Assembly: GCA_964035545.1 (NCBI GenBank)
Contig: OZ037769.1
Location: 13,174,633-13,238,632 of the forward strand
Length of the DNA stretch: 64,000 bases
Source of the DNA: Bugula neritina
Taxonomy: Eukaryota > Animalia > Bryozoa
Direction of reading: 5' to 3'
Both the position numbers and the translations under genes were made by a program. The notes beneath the pieces are model-generated. The model saw only the letters and a program-made list of their open reading frames with translations, was not told the DNA's origin and made no database searches. Below are positions 24,801 through 40,692 of this stretch, in pieces; positions within the stretch are counted from its first letter, which is position 1; every line of letters begins with the position of its first letter.

Positions 24801-27059
24801 CCAGTGTGGTTAAGAACAAAAGAACACAGAATTTATTTTGGTAGTATTAGTCAAACTCTTCAAAACTCTAGAAATTTTCAATCAGCAAGCATTTTGATTG
24901 TAGGAATGTTGACTAGATTCAGCATATTTGACTAGTTGTATCATAACTTTACTGCCAAAAATTTAGCTTTCAATAAATATTATACGGTCATTGCAAAACG
25001 CCCATCCGAATTTTCAAAATTGGAAAATTTTGTCTTTAGAAACAACAAAGTATGCAGAAAATACTATGAGTTTCTATTATGTTTTTTTAAATTAAGTCTC
25101 CATATTGTGTTGTTTGATACCATGCACTTTTTTGCTGTAATAAAAATCACAATGTTTAAAGTCTTCACAGGGGTTAAAATATAGGACACAATTAACTAAA
25201 TTTTGTAGGTTATCATATAAATTTAATGTTTAGCAAAGTTTATCATGACTAATTTACAGAGTTAAACTTTTTTTCAAACTGCTTTCTTCCCAATAATCCA
25301 GACAAGTTTTGAAATTTTTCTTAACAATCTTTGCCGAGTTTTATTTTATTTACAGTAAATTATAATCAATAATCCCTTTATTAACGATAAATTCAATGAC
25401 ATAATATTTCTTTTGTGTGCCATTATCGGAGACTGTTCATAAAGCTTATTGTCTGCAGATTATCAATGCATTCCTCATTAAAGCCAACAGTCAATTCTCA
25501 CAGCACTCACTGCGCATACAATTCTTGCATACATGATTAGCCGCGTTCAAAGACTTCTACATGTCAGCAACTGTGTGTGTTCTAACAGCGTAGCAAATTC
25601 GATTCATCAGTCGTACCTCGAGAGTCGTACAAAGTAAATAACATCGAGTACTGCATACTAATTTCTCATTGCTTCTTGTCACAAGAACACATTACGAAGT
25701 ACCAGTAGCGCAGCTTGTCTAATATTATTAATGACTAATACTAAAAGGTCATTTTATACCCGGACTAATTAAAGCTATTCCCAATGGCACTGCCCATCGA
25801 CTGCTGTCTTGATGCTGAATGGATTAAGTTCTCATCAGCTTCGTCTTAATGCATCAATTTAAAGATTAAGCTAGTAGACATTAGCTGCACACCATCTTTT
25901 CTCCGGAACCTTCTTGTCTATTGGATATGCTGCGCTTATAGGCACTGTTTCTCCCTTCGAAAGGTAGGTCTGAAATGCATAAAATAAGAGAGTTCATACT
26001 TTCGTACCAGCAGTTCACGTTTAATACTGAAACTGTTATTATATTTGATTTCTTGTATCTAAAAAACATCAGTTTATAGCTTTCAAAAAGGGGTTATGGT
26101 CTTAAAGTTGAAGATATATTACAGAAAACCTCTGCCTAAATACAGCATTCAATTAATAAACAAAGTATTACGATACATTAACACTTTCATGGCTATAAAA
26201 CGTTGCTGTAGTTTAATTTGTAATCTCAGTGTGATGTTTTGGTATATTAAAACGGCAGAGGGTCGTGTAGAAACTAGCTGGCCTTCATTAAAAATACTTT
26301 GTTTTGCATGGCCGTTATCTTTGATTGGAACCACTACAACAGTACTACATATTGTTCTATACTCCTATGCAATTACATCTTTTGTCCTTTTTTATTTTGG
26401 GGCAATTAGCTCCAAAAAAGGTCTCTATATGAAGGATTAGAAAAAATAGTTGCTTTAAACTAATGGGCTATGTTATAATTAAATGAGGAATATATGTAAT
26501 TGCTGCTAAAAACTGTGTAACATTAGAAGATGGGGAAAACAACAGTTTTCAAGACAATTTTGAAAAGCATAACTCTTCAAGTTTTAATGTTGGTAGAGAA
26601 ACAGCGGCTCCCGCTGCCTTCACTGCATCTAAGCTATTATAGTTTGGTGTGGCTACATGTGTAGTAAGTTTATAGTGTAGCATAGTGTGTAGCCTTCACT
26701 TATAGACTAAGCAAACTGAGCAATTCAGATTTCTCCTAAAAATGTTTCAAAATTCTTTCTTCATTAGAGTAACAGTTCAGCTAATAACAATTGGTCAAAC
26801 CCTAGATCTGTCAAAATCGAATCAAGAGTAATGGAAGGAATGCAAAGGAATGAAAAGCACTTATGATGTATAACTAGCGATAACTTCATTTTGAATCAAC
26901 ATAATGGTTCCTAACCAGTACTAGACCATGTTGCTGGTATGCTATATAATGGACATATTAACTCACCACAATGGTGATGACATCATGTAGCCCTAATGCT
27001 ATTCTGGGAGGGGCTACTATAATTCTGCTTTTTGTAGATTATATAAGCCTAAAAGTATG

Positions 27060-27255
27060 TTGAAATGGGGTATTGCTCTCATCTCTTTCACCTGGCAGCT
27101 CAGTTCTTTCTCATTTCCAGGATGGCCACCCGAATAGAAAAGGCGTTTTTTATAGGTCGTGTGGCTAGTGTTTGCTTCAGGGTTAGCTTCATGTGCAATA
27201 GCTTCAGTTCTTCATGTAAAAAAACTGTTCAAGCAACAGGGTTTGCACCTACTTG
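27060..27255 (-). mobile_element. Possible decayed 3' fragment of a CR1-like LINE ORF2
   Basis: Minus-strand translation HMKLTLKQTLATRPIKNAFSIRV resembles the CR1 ORF2 C-terminal H-x-x-KL...R-x-N-FFS-x-RV motif; flanked by stops. Confidence 0.3.
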
Positions 27256-28168
27256 AAAGCCTTTTAGTATTGACATAGTATTGACTGTTTTGCATAAAGT
27301 TAGCTTGGCACCGAGTGTGACACTTAGAAGGTAGTTTTTACTTAGTGAGTATATATATATTGTAGGATAAGTTTGAAGAACCTGCTATATAGTGTCATGA
27401 AGATATAATATAGACTAATGAGTGATAGCATTTAAAGCCACTCTGTAAATACTATACAGGTTATGATAAACAACTTTTTATCGGAAATATAATATATATA
27501 TATGTACTATTCACATTCTCTGTTCTCTTGAGCCAATTAATATCTGCTATTTTTACAAAAGAGATGCTTAGAATAGTTATTTTGACTCTACTGGAACTCT
27601 AGTCTCAGTTACTAAACCCGGAATATCATAATTCATTACTAGTTACTTTGTGAATACAGAAATTGGCAACAATGCTGTGCATGACGACATGCAGCTGTGA
27701 GTTTATTATAATAAAATATTCTATTGAGTTAAAATTATCTTAACAAATAAATTTCCAAGAAGCACCTGGACATTGGTTGAAATCAACATTCTAGGTGCTT
27801 CTTGGAAATTGGTTGAAATCAACAGAGAAGTTATAACTCAAATCCTTAGGTTATTAGACATTCGGAGCATTGAAATCATTTAGATACTGAAAGTTATGAA
27901 TGATGCATGCACAGATTCGTGCCTTGTAGTGCTTATACAGCCTAAAGTATAATAATGTGACGCTGGAAGAAGAATATAAGGCCTCTGGGTGCTTTTTCAA
28001 ACCCTAAGGGCTGAATTATAATATTTTCTAGCCTCGGGCTGTTCCTCTTTCTATATATCTAGTGCTCGGAATGCTACTGGTAGCAATATTCTTCACATTA
28101 ATTGACTGGCTGGTTCTGTTGCTTTTTCAACTTATTATTTCATCAACAACTTAGTGACTAAACTCAAT

Positions 28169-28332
28169 GAATTGCTCGATAAGTAGCTCCGAGCTGGGGG
28201 TGACTGAGTTTCAAAGTAGGAGGTTCTGGAGTTTAAACTGGGGGTTTAGGGTAAGCTCCCAACTCCAACCTTAAAAACCTCAAACTACTGCAGTTAGTCA
28301 CCCCCAACTCGAAGCTGCTTATAGAACAGTTC
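28169..28332. mobile_element. Small MITE, family A
   Basis: ~40-bp TIRs (ataagtagctccgagctgggggtgact / agtcacccccaactcgaagctgcttat); flanks aaactcaat / aaacttgat are a 7/9 match to a 9-bp TSD. Confidence 0.75.
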
Positions 28333-31300
28333 AAACTTGATATTTATAATGCTATATTCTTGAGTTTGAAAGAGTAAATTATAATTTTTTCGCTATTGCA
28401 CTGGCTAATGTGTACTAAAATTGAAATATGAAAAAGCATATATATGCATATGAAGTTATAGTATATTAAGATATTTCAGTGTCAACCACAACATTTATAG
28501 TGCTCTTCATATATAGCATGTTATTACATATATTACAGCTTTATCTTCTAAGTTAGATTTTATTATAGTTGCTTACATTGGTTAGACATGGTCGAACACC
28601 TGTCGATAAGTTGAAGTTTTATTTAAGTATTTTCAAAAACAATTAAATCTCATTGAATAGCTGTACCAGTGAAAAATATTTAAAGATGTCTGTCTGGAAC
28701 CCATACCTTGCAAACATTCTTTATATAACAAATAAATGAACACATTGAAGTTGAAATTTTAACTGTCACTGCATGCAAGCAGATAATTAATTTGAGAATT
28801 TAAGTGTTATTAGTATGTGATTTGGTGCCCAGGACTATTTGCTTGGCTTTACTTCATAATACTAAGCATGCTGAAAAATATTATATTTAACATAGTCTTT
28901 TCCTATATTCTGAAAGGCCTCAATATATTGTATTATAATGTACTCAGTTTAACATCTTCTACAAAATTTATATATTTTTAGTTTTTTTAAATACCAAATG
29001 ACAAGGTTATAGAATAGTTAAATCAAGATCAAACTAATATCTGCTTAAGATGTAAAAGCTACAATTTAATTATAATTAGAAATGTTACTAAAAGGTTATA
29101 TCTGTATTTTGTTAGTTTAACTATATTTATAATTATGCTACTTCTACGAACGAAATAATAGTGAAGTTGGTCTAATTCCAATTAAACAATTTAAATGGGG
29201 GACAAATTTTTAAAAGCCTAAATTTTAAAGCATATTTATACTATAAAGAATATCTCGTTAGTAAAATACTTCATAAACCTCTAGAAGTAACTAGTTTGGC
29301 AATTTTGCATTTTCTAAATTCTAAACTAAGCTCGAATTTCTGTTTGCAGTTTAAACAAGTCATTCAATTAGTTTGCATAGTTTTAATAACTTGTTTTACT
29401 TATTAGTGTAAACAATTCCATTTCTTGTGTTTGCCTTAGCAATTTACCAGACCAAAACTGCATATTAATTATGATTGCCATTGATGATGAATGCTGACTC
29501 ACGTGACCACAATATGCCTATGAATATGTAATAGTCTCTAGTGTGCGGCTTAATAGAGGCACTTAGCTGGTTAGACAATCGATAAGTTTACACTAATCCG
29601 TCTCACTCGGGATACTCTCTCATTAGAGTTAACAGCTTTTCTGTCATGGAAAAAAGCATTAGACTTGATCGGACTAGAATAGGAATGGAGTACAGTGCTG
29701 ATCCATAAAAACTTATTTCATTGTAATAAAATAGAGTTCCTTAATTTCAAGAGAAGCATAATTGTTAATAAAGATAAAAAGAATAACTAGTATAACATAC
29801 TAGTATAATAATGAAAACAAAACTACTAAAGGTTAAAATACAGAAATTGTTGCACAATTTTTCTCCTGTAAACTTTTGCTTTTAATCGTTGCTTTAACCT
29901 GGTTTCTCAGCTTCCGTGAGCTGAGTTAATTAGGGTGAGCCTATCTTTTCTTTTGAAAAGCCAGTAGGTGTTAGTTCTTATAATACTATATAATTGTATA
30001 AGAATAGCTAAATATAGGATATTTTTTTGCAACAACCCAAACCCTTAGAAAAAAATTTTCTCTTACAACTTTTTAGGACTACGGTTTTTTAAAAAAGTCC
30101 CACGCCAACGCATCAAAGTTTTTATGGGTTAACAATTTAAATTCAATGACAATGGGTTACATAAAATGCAAGTTAAAAAAGGGGCCTTGTAGTTTTTGAA
30201 TAAGTTCTGGAGCTAGTTTAGCTTTATTGAACATTCATAAATACTTTAGGTAAATCAATAGCATTTCAACTAACAAAAAAGTTGATTCATTGCAGTTGCT
30301 TCATGCCTTTTGTTGTTAAGTGCAAAGTTAGTGCTTTTGATTAATCATTCAACATAATATTCACGCATTTATTATTTTTCTAAATAGGATAGTAAGATAT
30401 CTACTTGCTTGACAAAGTAGCAATTGTGGGGGGGGGGACAACACACACCAGCCAGAATAAGTAACTTGTTCTATATACTTTAGGCAACACATTTTTGTTG
30501 TTTCAATGATTAGTGCAAACAAATATTACATACACACTAGTAGAAAACTAGCCTTACTAAAGTCCATGGATCAGCCATTACTACTTAAATATTTACTTAT
30601 GTTGGAAATTATATTTTCATTGTCAAGGTTGCAAGACCAAAGAATTTATGTTAGACTGGCCAATACATTTACTTGCAATAAAATCACTGCATCTATGATT
30701 TAAATTTAGACAAAATTAATTTTAATAAAAATATTATTATTCAGTTTATATACCATATTATATCAATCTGTGTACAGCAGCTGGTTTAAGGGTTGTCCCC
30801 TCATCAGCACAGCACATTAGTTTCATGACTGACACCTTCCAGATTTTAAAAAAAAGTTATGAATGTGTAAACTACAGGCAGAGCTTACTGATTTATCTTT
30901 TTATTGATTTATTTATTGATTTGTTTATTTATTAATTCATTTATTTAATTGTTTATGTATTTGTTTATTTATTTAGTTAAATTTATTTATTCATTTTTAT
31001 TTACTTATTTATTTATTAGCATATTGAGAGATTGATAATGCTTTTCATTGTTGACATAAATTACTAACTTAGTATGGCTGATTTCAGAATTAGATCACCA
31101 ATTAGCACTTTATAATGCAGATGGACAAAGGTTTTTTATGCTGATGTCCAGTCAAATTAGAGACCCAACTGAAGAAATGTTAATAATTTTTTTCCTTTCT
31201 CTCACCTATCTCCGCTTTGTCCTGTTCGAGTAGGGGGGGGATATTTACCATATAAGCATTAAATAGGGGCAAAAGCTGTTTTTTATAGTGTCAGTTAAAA

Positions 31301-32733
31301 ATAATGCTGCATAGCAAAAACCCTCCCCTTCCCACAGTCTGACTTATATAGGAGAACTCTGTGGATAGTCTGAAATCTTAGATGTTCTAAAATTTGGTAA
31401 TGCTGTTTGCAATAGCATGGAACTATATTTTATTAACATGTCCCATCAAACTTCTACTTTCTAATTTTACTTTGACCTACTTTAGGTTTTCCATAGACAC
31501 TAATCCCAGCTGTTTCCCTCTTATTGTTACATCATGACATGTTATTATAACTATCAGCTCAATAATCTGATTAGATTAGTTCAATATCAAGTGTTACATT
31601 GATGGGGCCTGGGCAATAAATAGCTAATGATAAATGTGAAAGAATAAGGCTGAAGTAGCAATGATAATTGGAATAATTATCTCAATCCTTTCATAAAACT
31701 AATGAAGTATTGCCCTGTCACATATGAACTAAACATCAAAATATTTGGGTATTTCCAGAAGTGCTTGAATTTGGGTAAAACTATTTTTTTCATCTTTCAA
31801 TTTAGCCTCGCTGTTACTATCAGATTAGTAAATTGAAAGGTTATAATAATAGTAAGAGTATAGTGAAAGAAAGTACACGCACTCTTAGGTAAAATAGTTA
31901 ATAGAAGTACTTCTAAAGATAAGTTTTGATGAAAGCGAAGTGGCGTAGTATTATAAAAGAATAAAGATAATATCCACAGTGCGTTACATTACACCCTACT
32001 TAATATCTTGGCATCTATCATAATGGCTCTCTATTATGAACAAATTACCAAGTAATATAATTATGGTCTTATTTCATTTGTATTTACAGCTGCCACTGTG
32101 TTGAGAGGTGATTATAGAGAGCGTTTGCTGGTGCATCATCGAGTAACGGCAGGATAAAGTTCTAGGATATACTTGAAAATTTTAGCATCCATATTTGAGT
32201 CGGCTCATCCAATACTGGCGTATAATCTAGGCTAACGGTTAGTGTTTATCGCAAGTATAATATAATATGTATTATGATATAATGCATGTAATATAATGTA
32301 TTGTGTGTGGTGTTGTGTACATCATACAATGTATATGGTATAACATGAGTTATATAACACAATATATAATGTATATAATACAATATGCACAACGTATATA
32401 TTACAATGCATATAACATGTATAATACAGTATAAATAACATATATAATACAATGTATATAACATATATTGTAATAGTTCAAATAATAATTTATCAAAGAG
32501 TTTACCAGTAATGAGTTTATTTAACGCACCCTCGAATATATAAGATGTTATACCTCCATTAAACTTTGTTGTTTTTATAGGAGTTTGTATAAACTTTTTG
32601 GGACCATTGTTTTATTTGCTAATTCCTTATCAGCAAAATTATTTGGAATTTGAAAATTTGCTCTTAAGTAGTGCAGTATAAGCTTTTCACCCATAGCTGA
32701 AAAGTTAAAAAAACTCACAAAAGCTTATAGTCA

Positions 32734-32926
32734 CTATCCCCTGTGAGAAACCCCTGATGGAAAGGGTTTTTGTTAAATCGGGCTAAGGACTTATTTAAAT
32801 GAGGCACAGGAGCAATTATGACTGGATGCTCTTCCTAACATCACCAATGGCATTTGTCCGGGCTCATACCCATGACTTCGTGTTTACTATAAGCAAATGC
32901 TCTAACCCCTAGACCATGGCTGCTCC
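32734..32926 (-). mobile_element. tRNA-derived SINE, family 2
   Basis: High similarity to the reverse complement of 16506-16666. Confidence 0.75.
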
Positions 32927-33864
32927 AAATAACTAAAAAATTAAAACATGTCAACAAAAATTAAAATTTTGTAATACTTTATTTTATTGCGCTTCTTATA
33001 CTATGCTAGAATTGTACAGCTTATTAGGCTGAATTTTTCTTAAAAACTACCTTTTATGTAGGCGGTATAAAACATACTTTTAGGAAAAATTAGCTTGCTT
33101 TACCATACAGTGTTACCATAATTACACACATAAGCATTACTGCAAATTACTGAAAGCTATTCAAGTTGGTAGATTAAGCAATAAACATGTATCCAATAAG
33201 AAATTAACGTTAAGTATAAAATATGCTAACATTGTTAGCATATAAGAGAGTAGCTAATTATAAACACCATTATGCTTGTATTAGTAGCAATAAAACAAAA
33301 TATAATCAGATTCATGAGCCTTAATTACTCAAGTAGATACTCTATTTATAAATTTATTGCAAACTACAAACAACACTATATACTAAGATGAATGTTATTA
33401 GTTTTCATTCTGCTACAGAACAGTTGTATAATAATTATTGTGTTGCTTATAGTTCTTCAATGTTAGTTTAATAAAATTGTGACTTATGAAGCATTTTATC
33501 TATTTGGATGCTTTTCTTTATATGGTTTTGTTTAACAAAAGTTAATTGGAATAAAAATTCGAATTGTGTTTTGATTATTTTTATCAGTTTTAAAAATTCA
33601 AACCAATTTATGAAAGGCTTACAGCTACTGTATATTTATTTACCGCATTGCATATGTATGTATTTTACAATTATATGCAAGAATTGAATACTATAATTAA
33701 GCTCAAGGTCTCAAAAAAAGGATATAAACAATAAAGTTACTCTGTATATTATAAGCACTGGTTGATGGAATGCAGTACATTAATATTTATCATAATAGTA
33801 TATAATATATCATAATATTGTATTATATATTGTACTACTTTGTTCGCCTCTAAGTATTAGAACT

Positions 33865-34110
33865 ACTATATTATAATGCATTGTCATATTGCTACATATT
33901 ACTACTACATATTACTACTACTATATATACTACTACTATATTACAACTACTATATATACTACTACTATATACTACTACTATATATATACTACTATATATA
34001 CTACTACTATATACTACTACTATATATTACAACTATTATATTACTGCTTTGTCATACTACTACATACTAATACTAGTATATTACAATTACTCCATCATAT
34101 TACTACATAT
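33865..34110. repeat. (TAC/TATAC)n low-complexity repeat
   Basis: Seen directly; source of the Y/T/L-rich spurious ORFs. Confidence 0.9.
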
Positions 34111-34211
34111 CAAAACTGCAGTAAGTAAATGTGAAAGGAACATGATAGAGATCTAATACTGTCATTGTAGACCAATTAGCCACTACCACCAGCTATAGAA
34201 GAGGAAAAGTA

Positions 34212-36810
<2,599 letters not shown>

Positions 36811-36985
36811 AAGCACATCAACTTCCTTTCAGTTTACCTTGACCCATGAAAATATTAGGTACGGATTCAAAACAGCTGCTTAAGCTAGTATATTATCTAT
36901 AAAAGAGTATCACTTTATCTCAGTAATAGTTATGTAAATTTGATAGGGGGACCTGCTAAAATCTGGACATTATGCTGCTTAAGTA

Positions 36986-37108
36986 GGAAATTGCTAAAAG
37001 CAGCACTGAGTTGGGAGTGACTGAATACAGTATTTGCGCGAACTTCAAATCTGATCACAAGCTAATGCACTTGGTGACCACCAACGTTGTGCTGCTTCAA
37101 GCACTTCT
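36986..37108. mobile_element. Small MITE, family A, in the probable 3'UTR of the dopamine receptor
   Basis: aattgctaaaagcagcactgagttgg...ccaacgttgtgctgcttcaagcactt inverted ends. Confidence 0.55.
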
Positions 37109-38498
37109 GCTCAACTAAATATCAAGTGTGATATTATAGTATTTCAATCTTTAGGCGAAATGGATAGCAATATATTTTAAAATGTGATTGCCTGAAACTT
37201 TGTCATCTTGACAAATGCATGTCTACTCAATGGTGTGTTCATATCCGTCCGAACAATGTGGAATGAGTTAAATATATAAATATATATTTTTGTTTATAAG
37301 TATTTCAGCTTGATTATAATTTTGTATGATTTGGAATTACTTTACCTAATATATTTTGCTGTACATAATAAGTTATTGCTATTTATAACAGTATATAAAC
37401 ATCCTTTTTGTAAATACATTGTTTATTTGACTGCTTGATTTTATTTTAGTATATATTTTTATAATTTGAAAAAGAAGCTTATTTTTTGGTGCCAAAATAT
37501 AAACAGATTCCAACTCATCCTAATTTTAGATTTGGTTTTAAATTTGGTTATTTTTGTATAGTTTTGCTCATTTATCTCAAGCTACTTTATACCTTAGTTG
37601 TACATAGAACATGAGTGGCTCATAGTCTAGCTCTGTTCTTAATATATGAACTGTTAAATAATGAGAATGGCTTCAGATATAATATGCATATATTCTTTGA
37701 CTGGTGTAATTCTGATGTTGAAGTTTTTGTATTACGACTATTGGGTCCAACTTATTAACCCACAACAAACGGAAACTGCTATATTTTTGTAGAATTTTGT
37801 TTTTATTGCTCCAATAAAGTTTAAGCAAATAAAAGAATTGACATATAAACAAATGATATGAATGATATATTTCCTTCACTTCAAGAAAGTTATCTCCACA
37901 TGACCAAGCTAAAACTCCTTTATTCTACTTGCGCTGTCACACAATATAAGCAGCTATAAAATAGTTACGCATAGCATCACTGAATAGTAGCACTATAAGA
38001 TTACCCAGGAGAAAATAACACTACACAAAATTAACAAGTAAGGTAAATGTAAAACTCAACATAAATAAAACTATTATATACGTTAAAGCTTATATCAAAA
38101 AGAGCGCAACTCTGAAAGCAATTGAAATAGCAGCATTTTACAGTCCGTTGGAAATTCAAAATAATTTTGAGCACCAACAGAACTTGAAATGAGAAAGGAA
38201 ACTGCAAGAGAAGATGAAAAGTTGTGCATGCATTTTAATGTGCATGTATGGCTATATCCATTCAGCATTGAACAAATGAAATTTCTTTATAAGTTCATAT
38301 TGATGCTAACCCTGAACTAACACTTAAGTATTTTCAGCTATATAAGTACTGCTAATTGAAATATTATATATTGTTGCAGTTGCAATAGTGCGATACTATA
38401 TTTTATTAAATTTAAATGACGGTTGGAGTAAATGCCTGCTATAAGTCATGTATGTAGCTTATGAGCGAGTGACTTAATTGTATTAGGGTGTTCAGTGT

Positions 38499-38605
38499 AA
38501 AATAATTGCCTCCATCGAGAGCCGAACCACAGACCTCCGGTTTGCAAGCACACGCACTAACCAATTACACCACAGGGGCGTCGGGATTTTTATAAGCAAC
38601 ATACC
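38499..38605 (-). mobile_element. tRNA-derived SINE-like repeat, family 1
   Basis: Reverse complement reads cccctgtggtgtaattggttagtgcgtgtgcttgcaaaccggaggtctgtggttcggctc (A box, TGC anticodon-like loop, B box); no proper acceptor stem. Confidence 0.6.
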
Positions 38606-38714
38606 ATCCAGTTCCCTCCAGAACTGCACTGGCCTCCACCTACTTTGTCAGTTTATGAGCTCCACTCGCCACTCAACTCCCTGAGACTACTGGCACAACA
38701 CAAGGCCGAAATAG

Positions 38715-40600
38715 CTTGTAAAACTAAACAAAAGATGCTTTTCATCAAAACTGTATTCGGTTGAGGACTCTGAGACCATGCTAGATAGCAATATGGATAT
38801 AGCTAACAATTTCAATCTGTATTTTTCAACAATAGCCCAAAAACTAGCTTCAAATTTTACAAATTCGAACTCCGATACCTACTCAATGCTGACAAATATT
38901 ACTAAAGAAGAATTTCATTTAAAAAAAACTGATGAATCTCAAATAATTGAGATCATTGAAAAACTAGATTCCAAGAAAGCCATAGGTTTAGACAATATCC
39001 CGACTAAACTTATCAAATTTTGCAAAATTTCACTATCTACACCACTTGCCTATTTATTTAACAAAAGCATAGAAGAAAAAATTGTTCCAGCGCAAATTAA
39101 AACTGCTAAAATATTACCATTCTACAAAAAAGGTTCTCATGACAGATGTGAAAACTACCGCCCTATTTCAATCCTCCCCATTTTTAGTAAAATACTTGAA
39201 AAAATTGTTAACAATCAAATTTTAAACTTTTTAGAATCTAAAAATTTGATTTCTAAGAATCAATATGGCTTTCGAAAAAATTTAAGTACTGCAGATGCTG
39301 TTGTTAAATTTAAAAATAATACGCTCGAAGCTTTTAACAATGGAAATTGCGTTCTCGGAATTTTTATAGATTTTAGTAAGGCTTTTGACACTATAAATCA
39401 CAATATTTTACTTGCAAAAATGAGAAAACTTGGTTTTAGTGAATCCACAGTGTCATGGGTTGCTAACTACCTATCAAACCGAAGTCATTCCACACTAGTA
39501 AATGCAACCTTATCAAGTTCACGATCAGTGACCTGTGGGGTTCCCCAGGGATCTGTCTTGGGCCCTACCTTATTTTTGATATATATAAACGATCTTGCTC
39601 AACAATTTAAACTTTTTAATCCCATTTTCTATGCCGACGACACTAATTTATTTTTTGAATCAAAAGATTTGAACTCCCATTTGGAAGCTATAAATCAAGA
39701 TCTAAACTCTCTGTCAATTTGGTGCAATAAAAACAAACTCACTATAAACTATGAAAAATGCAACTATATTGTTTTAAAAAACTACCAAAATCCTTTTCAA
39801 ATTCTAGAAAACTGTATATTATTAAATAAAAGACCTATAAATTACTCTAACAGCATAACTTTTCTAGGTGTACAAATAGATAAAAATTTAAATTGGAGCT
39901 TGCACATCTCAAACCTACTTACAAAATTACGACCACTTAGTGGATTAATATACCGATGTTCTGAATATCTCCCTCAAAAAATTTTACTTTTGATATATAA
40001 TTCTTTCATCAATTCCAAGTTAAATTATTGTGCAGAGGCCTGGGGAAATGCAGCTAATACCCATCTAAACAAGATTTTTATTTTTCAAAAAAAGGTAATG
40101 CGTATCATGAACAAAAAACCGTTTGACCATCCATCAGCGCCTCTATTTACTAAGCATAAAGTTCTCTCAATATACCAGATTTACCGTTTTAAAGTGTTAA
40201 AGAAAGCTCATTCTTTTTTCTACTCTGACAATTTTTTTCCCACTCACTCTATCAATACACGTCAATCATTCATAAATCTCCCCCTTCCTCACTCTCAAAC
40301 AGCAGCAGGTCACAGAAGAAACTGTTATCAGGAGGTGGCACTATGGAATGAACTGCCAATCCCTTTACGGTCAATTAGCAACCCTAATGAATTTGGGAGG
40401 AAGTTGAGGCTTTATCTGTTAGAATAGTTGTATTTTTTTTGTATTTTTCTGGATAGAGTCGCTGTCAGCTCGTGTTGGCCCGCGCATGACTAGCTAGGCT
40501 ATAGCGCAATGGGCCTCATCATCGCCTCCTTGGCATTTTCTAATGTCCTTGTGTTATTAAATACCTTTGATGAAATAAACCAAACAAACAAACAAACAAA
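38715..40600 (+). mobile_element. 5'-truncated non-LTR retrotransposon (CR1/L2/Crack group) with an intact RT ORF and a (CAAA)n tail
   Basis: RT motifs KAIGLDNI, NYRPISILPIFSKILEK, QYGFR, FIDFSKAFDTINH, GVPQGSVLGPTLFLIYINDL, YADD, FLGV. No endonuclease domain. AATAAA and a (CAAA)n tail at ~40574-40600. Confidence 0.92.
38778..40427 (+). CDS. LINE ORF2 reverse transcriptase, truncated (549 aa)
   Basis: Uninterrupted ORF carrying all RT motifs including YADD. Confidence 0.85.
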   Translation: MLDSNMDIANNFNLYFSTIAQKLASNFTNSNSDTYSMLTNITKEEFHLKKTDESQIIEIIEKLDSKKAIGLDNIPTKLIKFCKISLSTPLAYLFNKSIEEKIVPAQIKTAKILPFYKKGSHDRCENYRPISILPIFSKILEKIVNNQILNFLESKNLISKNQYGFRKNLSTADAVVKFKNNTLEAFNNGNCVLGIFIDFSKAFDTINHNILLAKMRKLGFSESTVSWVANYLSNRSHSTLVNATLSSSRSVTCGVPQGSVLGPTLFLIYINDLAQQFKLFNPIFYADDTNLFFESKDLNSHLEAINQDLNSLSIWCNKNKLTINYEKCNYIVLKNYQNPFQILENCILLNKRPINYSNSITFLGVQIDKNLNWSLHISNLLTKLRPLSGLIYRCSEYLPQKILLLIYNSFINSKLNYCAEAWGNAANTHLNKIFIFQKKVMRIMNKKPFDHPSAPLFTKHKVLSIYQIYRFKVLKKAHSFFYSDNFFPTHSINTRQSFINLPLPHSQTAAGHRRNCYQEVALWNELPIPLRSISNPNEFGRKLRLYLLE

Positions 40601-40692
40601 ATAATTGTCCCACCTAGATTCGAACCACAGACCTCCAGCTTGCAAGCAGGGGCTCTAACCTCAGAAGCTTTGGGATTTCTAACAACATACAA
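40597..40692 (-). mobile_element. tRNA-derived SINE-like repeat, family 1 (partly deleted)
   Basis: aaataattg...cgaaccacagacctcc...ttgcaagca...gggattt...caacatac parallels 38499-38605. Confidence 0.6.

Noticed and set aside
25881-26440. Short ORFs with a DLPFEG motif reminiscent of PIF1/Helitron helicase
   Set aside because: One weak motif with no colinear support.
33876-34156. Tyr/Thr-rich ORFs
   Set aside because: Low-complexity TAC repeat.
38505-38580. tRNA-Ala(TGC) gene
   Set aside because: A/B boxes are present but the stems do not pair properly, and diverged copies are dispersed through the window, so it is treated as a tRNA-derived repeat.
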